A DNA stretch of 64,000 nucleotides, taken from positions 76,922 through 140,921 of the forward strand of contig CAZICT010000002.1 of the NCBI GenBank assembly GCA_964537935.1, in the 5' to 3' direction. This document shows positions 45,212-53,211 of the stretch, one piece after another. Positions within the stretch are counted from its first letter, which is position 1. Each line of letters begins with the position of its first letter. The notes beneath the pieces were generated by a model. That model was given only the letters and a program-made list of their open reading frames with translations, searched no databases and was not told the DNA's origin. The stretch is from an uncultured Candidatus Saccharibacteria bacterium (GTDB lineage: Bacteria > Patescibacteriota > Saccharimonadia > Saccharimonadales > CAZICT01). The position numbers and the translations under genes were made by a program.

Positions 45212-46570
45212 ATGAATCCAAAGCGCTTACTCAAAAAAATTATTCCTTTATCGGTTTTTAGAATTATTGAACCAACCGGACACTTGGTAGAAGCGATGCT
45301 GCTCCACGCCCGGGCCGGCTTTCCGCTTCGCGGCGTCAGAGTAATCGGCGTTACGGGCACCAATGGCAAAACCAGCACCGCTTTCTTAATCCATAAAATG
45401 CTCACCGAGGCCGGTTATAAGGCTGGCCTAATGACAACCGTGGCCTACGGAGTCGGGAGCGATATTAAGCCGCAAGTTGCCCACATGACAAGCGTCTCGG
45501 TGCCGACGCTCTTAAAAAGAGTCAAAGAGATGAAGGCCGAAGGTATGGATTGGCTGGTGCTAGAGACAACCAGCCATGCATTGGCACAGCATAGGGTATG
45601 GGGTGTCGAATATTCCGTTGCGGTGCTCACTAATATCACCCATGAACATCTTGATTATCACGGATCCTTTGAGCGTTACCGGCAAGCTAAGCGCAAGCTT
45701 TTTATCCAGACCAACCGAAACAAAAAAGGGCTACAAACAGGTATTGTCAACGCAGACGACCCTTATGCCGAGGAGTTTGCTGCTGCCATAAAACACCCTG
45801 TTTTTTATGGACAGACTGATGCCGATGTAAGAGCGACTGGTATTTCGCTGTCACCGGCCGGCAGCACATATAAAGCGGTTACTGATGATGAAACCTATGA
45901 CATTAGCTGTCATTTACCAGGCAGCTTTAATGTTAGCAACTCTCTTGCGGCGATTGCTGTTGGGCGGGTGCTTGGTCTGAGTAAAGAACAAATTGAGCAG
46001 GGAATTTCGGCACTAAAAAATGTCGAAGGCCGCATGGATAGAATTGATGAAGGCCAGGACTTTGACGTGATTGTAGATTACGCGCACACGCCGGATAGTT
46101 TTGAGAAGCTGCTTGGCGACATAAAACCGATGGTCAAAGGTAAATTAATCGTAATGTTCGGTTCGGCCGGCCGCAGAGATGAAGCTAAAAGGGCAGTTCA
46201 AGGGGAGTTAGCCGGACACTATGCTGATGAAGTAGTAGTTACCGAAGAAGATGACCGTGATATTGACGGCCAAGAAATCATGGAGCAAATTGCCAAAGGG
46301 GTTGAGAAGGCCGGCAAAACGAAAGATAAAGACTTGTTTTTAGTTCATGACAGAACCGAGGCCATAAGCTTTGCAATCAACCGAGCTAAAAAAGGTGATA
46401 CCGTGATGTTGCTTGGCAAAGGACATGAAAAAGATATTTTACGCCCGGGACCGAAAGCCGCTGAGCTACGTCATTTGCCGCAAGATGATCACAATACCGA
46501 CCGCGTCATTGAATTTCCTTGGGACGAGGTCGCAGTCGCCCGCCAAGCTCTTAAGTCATTGCAAAAATAA
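45212..46570 (+). CDS. murE: Mur ligase, MurE-type (UDP-MurNAc-L-Ala-D-Glu : diamino-acid ligase)
   Basis: GVTGTNGKTSTAFLIHKML, NADDPYAEEF, DYAHTPDS, and GKGHE in a 452-aa ORF. The substrate-specificity motif region reads EEDDRD rather than the DAP-type DNPR. Confidence 0.8.
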   Translation: MNPKRLLKKIIPLSVFRIIEPTGHLVEAMLLHARAGFPLRGVRVIGVTGTNGKTSTAFLIHKMLTEAGYKAGLMTTVAYGVGSDIKPQVAHMTSVSVPTLLKRVKEMKAEGMDWLVLETTSHALAQHRVWGVEYSVAVLTNITHEHLDYHGSFERYRQAKRKLFIQTNRNKKGLQTGIVNADDPYAEEFAAAIKHPVFYGQTDADVRATGISLSPAGSTYKAVTDDETYDISCHLPGSFNVSNSLAAIAVGRVLGLSKEQIEQGISALKNVEGRMDRIDEGQDFDVIVDYAHTPDSFEKLLGDIKPMVKGKLIVMFGSAGRRDEAKRAVQGELAGHYADEVVVTEEDDRDIDGQEIMEQIAKGVEKAGKTKDKDLFLVHDRTEAISFAINRAKKGDTVMLLGKGHEKDILRPGPKAAELRHLPQDDHNTDRVIEFPWDEVAVARQALKSLQK

Positions 46571-46597
46571 ATAAATCAGTGTATAGTATCGAGTCCC

Positions 46598-46873
46598 ATG
46601 GAAGAAAAAGGTATTAGATTAGACGCGCTGGTAGCGCTGTTAAACGGACAAAATTCCGAGCTTGCTGATGATTGTAAAAAAGCTGGAAGGCTTAGAGAGC
46701 TTATCAATGAACGTGGAGAAGATCCGGAAACTGATATTGATCATGCTTTTGCACTTGGTCGTATCAGCGGCAAATTTGAAGTTATTAATGCATTTGCGGC
46801 ACTCATAATGACAGAGAGTTTTGAAAATGTACATGGTATCTCGGTTGAATCTCTGGCTCAGGAAGAAAATTAG
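46598..46873 (+). CDS. Hypothetical small acidic protein
   Basis: 91-aa ORF with no recognisable motif. Confidence 0.5.
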   Translation: MEEKGIRLDALVALLNGQNSELADDCKKAGRLRELINERGEDPETDIDHAFALGRISGKFEVINAFAALIMTESFENVHGISVESLAQEEN

Positions 46874-46952
46874 ATATAACATCTAATTGACATAATTATA
46901 ACTTTATGTTAACATTAAAGTGTTCAATAAAAATAAAAAAGGAACACAAAAA

Positions 46953-47222
46953 ATGTCAGAAAAATTAGATATAGACGTAAAACTAGATCTTCTAGAGGAA
47001 AAGAAAGCGCTAGAGGATATGGAGGCTTCCGCTTCTCCAGAAGATGAAGCAACTCTTGGTGAATTACGTGGCGAACTGGACGAAAAAAGAAGGGCAGCCG
47101 GACTCATAGGAGGTACAGCTATAAAGACCTATGAAGTAGGCCCCGATGGAGTCGTTAATTTTAATCGTCAACCAGGAGAAGCACCTGACGAAGGACCTTA
47201 CAAGGGTGGTCGCCGTGCTTAG
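46953..47222 (+). CDS. Hypothetical small acidic protein
   Basis: The ATG at 46953 has AAGGA 9 nt upstream and gives 89 aa (MSEKLDIDVKLDLLEEKK...). The track start at 46920 is less likely. Confidence 0.5.
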   Translation: MSEKLDIDVKLDLLEEKKALEDMEASASPEDEATLGELRGELDEKRRAAGLIGGTAIKTYEVGPDGVVNFNRQPGEAPDEGPYKGGRRA

Positions 47223-48079
47223 AGTGTCAGTGTAGTGCAGCGGATTGAGCCGCCGCCTTTGGCAAGTTCGGGGTTTGAGAGCGTTATCGTTTTCAAACCC
47301 CGTTTTTGAAGTTCAGCCTGGAAGCCTACAGCGCCTTCATTCATTATTACCGTTTCGCCGGTAGAAACCAGGTTAAGAGCAAATCTTTCCGTAGCTTCTT
47401 TGTAGGTGACCTCAATTTTATCCAGGTATTCGATTGCCCTAATTCTTTCCTGGCTTTCAGGCGTAAAAGCTTCAGGGCACCAGGCAATGAGCTCATCATT
47501 TATAACTGCTAAAGCCAGGTCCAGGTCATAAAAGATACTGTCAGGCCAGCCGGAGTAGCGATTTAAGACCGGCTGTCCATTCGAATCCAACAGCGGAACA
47601 GTTTTAAGTCCGACAACTTCGAGTAAAGGCAAGGAGCTAGCCAAGAAGTCATGAACTTCGCGATCAGTTCGGTAGTCGCTGCCACAAAACAGATAGTTAC
47701 CGCAACGCAGTGCGTCGCCCTGGCCGCTGAACCGCAGATTATCGGGGATTTCTATAATAGTTTTACCAAGATTTTCAAGTACCTCGCGAGCGTAGGCTTC
47801 TTCGGCTTTCCGGGCATTGGGTAGCCGCGACATTATAGACACATCATTAATTACCAGAGCCCAGTTAGCGGTGTACACGCCGTCCTGGCAATCCCTTGGC
47901 GGCCAAACGGTAACAACTTCTATTCCGGCTGTTTGCAGTGCATGGTGGATTGCATCATGTTCGGCGCTTGCCTTATTGCGGTCGATTGCTACAGAAGCGT
48001 CCATAAAAGGATTGATGGCTTGATTGTCATCAAAATACTTAGCCCCTGACATTAATACTTTTTGATTTATAAAATTCAT
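47219..48079 (-). CDS. Guanidino-group-modifying enzyme superfamily protein (amidinotransferase / DDAH / arginine-deiminase-related)
   Basis: 286-aa ORF ending ...AKGGGSIRCTTLTL, which carries the catalytic Cys motif of this superfamily. Confidence 0.7.
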   Translation of the reverse strand: MNFINQKVLMSGAKYFDDNQAINPFMDASVAIDRNKASAEHDAIHHALQTAGIEVVTVWPPRDCQDGVYTANWALVINDVSIMSRLPNARKAEEAYAREVLENLGKTIIEIPDNLRFSGQGDALRCGNYLFCGSDYRTDREVHDFLASSLPLLEVVGLKTVPLLDSNGQPVLNRYSGWPDSIFYDLDLALAVINDELIAWCPEAFTPESQERIRAIEYLDKIEVTYKEATERFALNLVSTGETVIMNEGAVGFQAELQKRGLKTITLSNPELAKGGGSIRCTTLTL

Positions 48080-48262
48080 ATGAGCTTAGAAGTGTAAATC
48101 GGGCTTGGAGATGGTTTTTTATAAAATGGAGGCGCTATATAAACTGCCTGCAACATCTTTTGAAAAAACCAGGACCAAGCCCGGATCCCGGACGAGCGGG
48201 GAAGTGTTGAAGAAATGTCTTCTCGCAACGCCCGTCCGGGTGTCCGCTACAACTGAGTGAGC

Positions 48263-48586
48263 TCAGCGCAATGCTGGCTGGTTCACGTAGGAGACCTTCT
48301 TGTCCCGCCCACGCAGTGGCTTCCGCTTGAGGGCGATTGCCTTGCTTGTTACCATCTCAAGGTAGTACCTGCGGAGCTTTTCGTAGTCCTCATCGCTGAG
48401 TTGCCCCCGCTCGACCCTGATGGTGACGAACGTCTCACCGGAGTTCTTGTGCTGACGAAAGCTGACGTGCAGCTGTTCGTTGCCCTGAAGCTCTGTGATG
48501 AATTCCTCGAACCTGGATTCAGGTATCGAAGTGGCGTTGAGCCTGATTGAGCCGTCGCTTGCGAGTCTTGCTTCAATCTTTGGCAT
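48263..48586 (-). CDS. Orphan protein encoded in a second GC3-rich, foreign-looking segment
   Basis: The ATG at 48586 (MPKIEARLASDGSIRLNATS...) has AAAGGG upstream and gives 107 aa. A 60-nt hand count (48361-48420) is 60% GC. Confidence 0.55.
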   Translation of the reverse strand: MPKIEARLASDGSIRLNATSIPESRFEEFITELQGNEQLHVSFRQHKNSGETFVTIRVERGQLSDEDYEKLRRYYLEMVTSKAIALKRKPLRGRDKKVSYVNQPALR

Positions 48587-48642
48587 GATAGCCCTTTGGT
48601 TGTAGGGTACGGACATGTAAAAAATATCACATTTATATGCTT

Positions 48643-48671
48643 TTGACAAATTAACTCATTTAATTTTTAAT
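48643..48671 (+). promoter_or_regulatory. Promoter TTGACA-N17-TTTAAT positioned for a leaderless or near-leaderless transcript
   Basis: TTGACA at 48643-48648 and TTTAAT at 48666-48671. The ATG at 48678 lies 6 nt after the -10 element, and no Shine-Dalgarno is present. Confidence 0.4.
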
Positions 48672-48677
48672 ATATTG

Positions 48678-49364
48678 ATGATGGCATCAGAATCGCGGCG
48701 TGAGTCAGCTGAGTTACAAAACCAGGAATTAGTGAGAATCAAAGAAGCGGAAGCTAAGCATCAGCGTTCCAGTATGATTCGTAGCGCCTTCTCTCTTATG
48801 CAGGAGCTTGTTCAGCAGCAACAAGCGGCTATTGATGAACTAGCGGAGGCTGGTTTTCCGGACGGATCCGAAGTCGAGTACTGGGTACTTGAAAGTGAAG
48901 TAGCGTTTCCATTCGATGAAGAAGGAAAACCACAGCGCGCATATGGATTTTTGCTTGTTCCTGATGAAAGTATCGGGCAAAAGCGCCAAGGACGCGAGAA
49001 GCTTGAAGTTTTCTTAAGGGCCGCCGAGGCTTCGGAGGACGATGAACACATAGAGCCAAGCTGGCTGGAGGAACCAACAGATAAAACTGAAATGGTAATG
49101 CGTCATACGGACAGTGAAGGAACAGTCAAGTCATATTTATTAAGCGAAGAAATCCTTGAACCTTTTCAGCATCCTTACCACATCGGCAGACAAATCAGGC
49201 AAGCCGACCTTGAGGACACAGAAACGTATTACCAGCACTTTTCCAGCCGCATTAATCCACGCGACAAGAAAACCGGTGAGCTCTTTGAGCTCTTTACCAA
49301 TTGGTCAACTTCTCTACAGCGTATACGTATCGTAGGCTCTGATACAGTAATAGATTTTGATTAG
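48678..49364 (+). CDS. Hypothetical acidic protein
   Basis: About 228 aa with a coiled-coil-like N-terminus and no recognisable domain. Confidence 0.6.
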   Translation: MMASESRRESAELQNQELVRIKEAEAKHQRSSMIRSAFSLMQELVQQQQAAIDELAEAGFPDGSEVEYWVLESEVAFPFDEEGKPQRAYGFLLVPDESIGQKRQGREKLEVFLRAAEASEDDEHIEPSWLEEPTDKTEMVMRHTDSEGTVKSYLLSEEILEPFQHPYHIGRQIRQADLEDTETYYQHFSSRINPRDKKTGELFELFTNWSTSLQRIRIVGSDTVIDFD

Positions 49365-49476
49365 AGAATATCAACCTAGACTCAAATATTTTAGTGCAAT
49401 ATGTTGCCTAGATTAAATAACTAATTTATTGTATGAGTAAATTCGTAACCAGCCGTAAGTGAGGTGCATAACAATA

Positions 49477-50940
49477 ATGGAAGGTGATCCATCCCAGGGT
49501 AGGGAGCAACGAACCCATTTGCATGTACATTTTGAAGTTACTGAAATGGCAGAAATAGAAGCGATTACAAGGCGGTCTGCTGAAAGCCAGAGAATTGCCC
49601 ATGAGGTAAGGCTTCCCGCTCCGTTACAAGAGTTAACCGTAGAAGCAGAAGGCGATGATAAATCATATAGCTTCCGTACGGTGGTTAGGCTTTACGAGAC
49701 AGATGAAGATGATTCGCGTATTGCGACATTTATAAATAGGTCAAAGTACCTAACTAACGCCGAACCTCTGCACGATAATGAAGACAACATTTTATTAATA
49801 AATGAAAATGGATTTCAGTACATCTTTTTAGTTAATAAAGATAAAACTGCTATAGCCATACAGACTGCTGGCAAGCATGACGAAGAAGTAAATGTGATGC
49901 AGCGGGCACAGCGAAGCCTTGAACATGAACATCATTCGGTAGAGGACTCATTTCATAACTTTTTGACTATAAATGAAGGCCTGCTTACCGACTTATTATC
50001 CGAGTTTGATCATTCTGGCAAAACATTGACCATTCCTATCAGGGCAACTGAACCGCTATCTTCAGAGCTAGAGACAGAGCTGCCTCCGCATGCAAGAGAA
50101 ATACCTAAATTGCGCTTCGATGACTTAGGAGGCATAGAAGATATAAAAGAAGAGCTGATGGAAGTTGCATTGATGCTTTGTAATCCTGAGATTCTCCATA
50201 AGTATGGATTGCCGCGTCCACACGGCTTATTTCTATACGGTCCTCCTGGTACAGGCAAGACTACACTAGTCGAAGCGCTTGCTAATGAGCTCAATGCAAC
50301 CCTTACTGTCGTTAAGTCCAGTGAGATATACGGTAAGTGGATGGGAGAATCGGAAAAGAATTTCCAGGCAATCATTGACCAGGCCTTAGCGGCTACCGAA
50401 CCCTATGTCTTGTTGTTCGATGAAATAGATTCAATCATCAGGTTTGATGGCGGTTCGGCATATAGCACGGTTGCAGGAATCTTTAAGCGCGAAATTGGAC
50501 AGCTCAGCGAACAAAACCCTAACGTAGTAGTTGCCGCCACCAGCAATAAGACGCCAGGAGAAATTGATGAGGCATTATTTCGTCCCGGGCGTTTCGATGC
50601 TCACATTTATGTGCCTGCGCCTAATGAAGATGGACGAAAATCTATATTTGAGGCAATTGTTTCGCGATTTATTGTTCAATCGAGTCAACCTAGCGAGATG
50701 GTTCTTTTATCAGCGGGCGTCAGTTGTGAGCCAAAGGTCCGGCTTTTTGAGCCATCTATTAATTTTGCGGACTTAGCAAAAGCGACGGACGGTTTTACGG
50801 GTGCAGATATCAATGCTGTTATTGTGCGGGCCGTGAAAAAGATCGCAATGCAAGAAATACGTACAGGTAAACAAACCTCGACTATTTCTACTGAAGCTCT
50901 TATTAAAGCTGTAAACGCCCATAAAACACAAAAAGCCTAG
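49477..50940 (+). CDS. AAA-family ATPase (single classic AAA module, Cdc48/FtsH/proteasomal-ATPase clade) with an unknown ~210-aa N-domain
   Basis: Contains LRFDDLGGIEDIKEEL, Walker A GPPGTGKT, Walker B VLLFDEIDS, the second region of homology ATSNKTPGEIDEALFRPGRFD, and no protease domain. The start is either the ATG at 49477 or the GTG at 49459. Confidence 0.85.
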   Translation: MEGDPSQGREQRTHLHVHFEVTEMAEIEAITRRSAESQRIAHEVRLPAPLQELTVEAEGDDKSYSFRTVVRLYETDEDDSRIATFINRSKYLTNAEPLHDNEDNILLINENGFQYIFLVNKDKTAIAIQTAGKHDEEVNVMQRAQRSLEHEHHSVEDSFHNFLTINEGLLTDLLSEFDHSGKTLTIPIRATEPLSSELETELPPHAREIPKLRFDDLGGIEDIKEELMEVALMLCNPEILHKYGLPRPHGLFLYGPPGTGKTTLVEALANELNATLTVVKSSEIYGKWMGESEKNFQAIIDQALAATEPYVLLFDEIDSIIRFDGGSAYSTVAGIFKREIGQLSEQNPNVVVAATSNKTPGEIDEALFRPGRFDAHIYVPAPNEDGRKSIFEAIVSRFIVQSSQPSEMVLLSAGVSCEPKVRLFEPSINFADLAKATDGFTGADINAVIVRAVKKIAMQEIRTGKQTSTISTEALIKAVNAHKTQKA

Positions 50941-50961
50941 CTCCGTGAGTGCAAAAATCTA

Positions 50962-50990
50962 TTGCATCCAAATTAGCACTTAGGTATTAT
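50962..50990 (+). promoter_or_regulatory. groESL promoter (TTGCAT-N17-TATTAT)
   Basis: TTGCAT at 50962-50967, a 17-nt spacer, and TATTAT at 50985-50990. It overlaps the first CIRCE element. Confidence 0.55.
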
Positions 50991-50999
50991 GAGTGCTTG
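50973..50999. promoter_or_regulatory. CIRCE (HrcA operator) copy 1
   Basis: TTAGCACTT-N9-GAGTGCTTG versus the consensus TTAGCACTC-N9-GAGTGCTAA. Confidence 0.75.
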
Positions 51000-51002
51000 A
51001 AG

Positions 51003-51029
51003 TTGGCACTCTCACTATTAAAGTGCTAA
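51003..51029. promoter_or_regulatory. CIRCE (HrcA operator) copy 2
   Basis: TTGGCACTC-N9-AAGTGCTAA, with one mismatch per arm. Confidence 0.75.
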
Positions 51030-51069
51030 CTACATTATTACGAGTTGATTTAAATTAGGAGGTTAAGCT

Positions 51070-51363
51070 ATGGCAGTAAAAGTTCAACCACTTGCAGATT
51101 ACGTGGTTGCGGAGCAAGAAGCCGCAGAAACGAAGACAGCGAGTGGTTTATATATTCCCGACAAGGCCCAGGAGAAGCCAAAAATCGCTAAGGTCTTGGC
51201 CGTCGGCCCCGGCCGTATTGGCGATGACAACGAACGAATCCCGGTTGAGGTAAAAGTGGGTGATCGGATTGTTTACGGTGGTTACAGCAATACCGAAATC
51301 AAGGTTGACGGCAAAGAATATATTCTAATTAAAGAAGAAAATATCTACGCAATCGTTAAGTAG
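51070..51363 (+). CDS. groES: Co-chaperonin GroES
   Basis: 97-aa ORF. VKVQPLADYVV...ASGLYIPD...VLAVGPG.... Confidence 0.97.
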   Translation: MAVKVQPLADYVVAEQEAAETKTASGLYIPDKAQEKPKIAKVLAVGPGRIGDDNERIPVEVKVGDRIVYGGYSNTEIKVDGKEYILIKEENIYAIVK

Positions 51364-51377
51364 AAAGGGAAGTAACT

Positions 51378-53030
51378 ATGGCAAAAAAAGTATTTTATGA
51401 TGACGATGCGAGGCGTCGAGTACTCGCCGGTGCGCAAATTCTCTACGATGCAGTTAAAACAACCATGGGGCCGAAAGGTCGCAATGTCGTTATTAGCAAA
51501 TCTTACGGTAATCCGACAGTAACCCACGATGGAGTTACAGTGGCTAAAGGTGTTGAAATTGAAGATAAAGACGACGAAACGCTTGGCTACAAAGTGGGGG
51601 CTGAATTAATCAAGCAAGCCGCTAATAAAATGAATGATGTTGCTGGTGACGGTACCACCACCGTAACTGTCCTGACGTACCACATCTTGAATGAAGCTAA
51701 CAAGCTGATTGCCGCCGGACACAACCCGATGCTGCTAAGAAAAGGATTAGAAGCGGCAGCTCACGATGTCATTAACAAGCTGTCAACCATGGCTGAAGAT
51801 ATTAAAGCCAAGAAATCCCGCGTTGCTGAAGTTGCAACCATTTCTGCCGGTGACGCTCAAATCGGAAACCTTATCGCCGATATTATCGATAAAGTCGGCA
51901 AAGACGGCGTGGTAACGGTAGAGGAAGGCCAGAGCCTGGAGCTTGAATCTGAAGTTGTTGAAGGTTTCACTTTTGACCGCGGCTTCGTCAGTCCCTACAT
52001 GGTGACCGACACTGCCCGCATGGAAGCAACCATGGATAAGCCGGCTATCGTCATTACCGACAAAAAGATCAGCTCTATCCAGGAGTTCCTGCCATTACTT
52101 GAAAAGTTGGCACAGTCAGGCAAGAAAGACATGGTACTGATTGCCGAGGATGTTGAAGGTGAAGCTCTCGGTACACTCATTCTTAATAAGCTCAAGGGTG
52201 TATTCAATACCTTGGCGGTTAAAGCACCGGCATTCGGTGACCGCCGAAAAGATATCCTAAACGATATAGCTATCCTTACTGGAGCAACGGTGATTTCCGA
52301 AGACCGCGGTATGACGTTTGAGAATGTAGATCTAAACGTCGTCGGAAGCGCCCGCAAAGTACTTGTTACCAAAGATGAAACTACAATTATCGAGGGTGCG
52401 GGTTCTGTTTCTGAGGTGCAGGCTCGGATTGAGCAAATCACTACGCAAGCCGCCGCCGCTACCAGTGAGTATGACAAGGAAAATCTGGATAAGCGCCGGG
52501 CAGCGCTCGGTGGTAAAGTCGCCGTCATTAAAGTCGGTGGTGCCACCGAAACTGAAATTGAAGAAAAGAAATTCCGGGTCGATGACGCCGTAGCCGCCGT
52601 TAAGGCAGCGCTGGACGAGGGCATTGTACCGGGTGGCGGCGTAACGCTCATTAATTTAACGTCTGCCGTTAAAAATAATAGCAGCGATGACGATGCTGTT
52701 GCGGCTGGCCGGCAATTACTGGTTAAGGCGCTTGAGCAGCCCTTTAGAATTTTGCTGTCAAATGCCGGACTTAACGCGGACGCGTGGTTACCGCAAGTCA
52801 AAGCCGGTAAAGCCGGTCAAGGCGTGGACGTGAACAAGCCCACGGCTCTGGCAGACATGAAGTCGGTTGGTGTAATTGACCCAGCTCGCGTAACCAAGGA
52901 AGCGATTCAAAACTCGGTTTCTATTGCCGGTACCAGCATGACTATGGGAGCGTTGGTAGTTGAGGTGCCTGAAAAAGAAGCACCGGCGCCAGCCGGTGGC
53001 GGTATGCCCGGCGGCATGGGAATGATGTAA
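51378..53030 (+). CDS. groEL: Chaperonin GroEL
   Basis: 550-aa ORF. AKKVFYDDDARRRVLAG...GPKGRNVV...AGDGTTT...GGGMPGGMGMM. Confidence 0.98.
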   Translation: MAKKVFYDDDARRRVLAGAQILYDAVKTTMGPKGRNVVISKSYGNPTVTHDGVTVAKGVEIEDKDDETLGYKVGAELIKQAANKMNDVAGDGTTTVTVLTYHILNEANKLIAAGHNPMLLRKGLEAAAHDVINKLSTMAEDIKAKKSRVAEVATISAGDAQIGNLIADIIDKVGKDGVVTVEEGQSLELESEVVEGFTFDRGFVSPYMVTDTARMEATMDKPAIVITDKKISSIQEFLPLLEKLAQSGKKDMVLIAEDVEGEALGTLILNKLKGVFNTLAVKAPAFGDRRKDILNDIAILTGATVISEDRGMTFENVDLNVVGSARKVLVTKDETTIIEGAGSVSEVQARIEQITTQAAAATSEYDKENLDKRRAALGGKVAVIKVGGATETEIEEKKFRVDDAVAAVKAALDEGIVPGGGVTLINLTSAVKNNSSDDDAVAAGRQLLVKALEQPFRILLSNAGLNADAWLPQVKAGKAGQGVDVNKPTALADMKSVGVIDPARVTKEAIQNSVSIAGTSMTMGALVVEVPEKEAPAPAGGGMPGGMGMM

Positions 53031-53083
53031 GGGTTTGTCAACGCTCGTCAAGAGTAGACTTCTCTTACCAAAAAACACATAAA

Positions 53084-53115
53084 ATTACTCTGGAGCCAAT
53101 CCAGAGTAATTTTTA
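53084..53115 (+). terminator. Rho-independent terminator after groEL
   Basis: attactctgg (53084-53093) pairs with ccagagtaat (53101-53110), followed by TTTTT. Confidence 0.75.
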
Positions 53116-53211
53116 TTTGTATTTAAGATACTAATAAATGAAATATAGACAAAGTCAATAATTTATGTTATTATGAAATAGTATTGTATATAAAACAAAA
53201 ATATAACAAAA

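Noticed and set aside
48143-48640. Terminal inverted repeats around the second GC-rich islet
   Set aside because: Only an imperfect ~12 of 14 match centred on ATATAAA in AT-rich DNA, which is easily produced by chance. This contrasts with the perfect 14-mer flanking the first islet.
51995-52801. 268-aa ORF antisense to groEL, together with similar long antisense ORFs inside the VirB6-like, M15 and valS genes
   Set aside because: These are shadow ORFs of strongly supported genes. Their translations are Ser/Ala/Pro-rich and low-complexity, with no start context.
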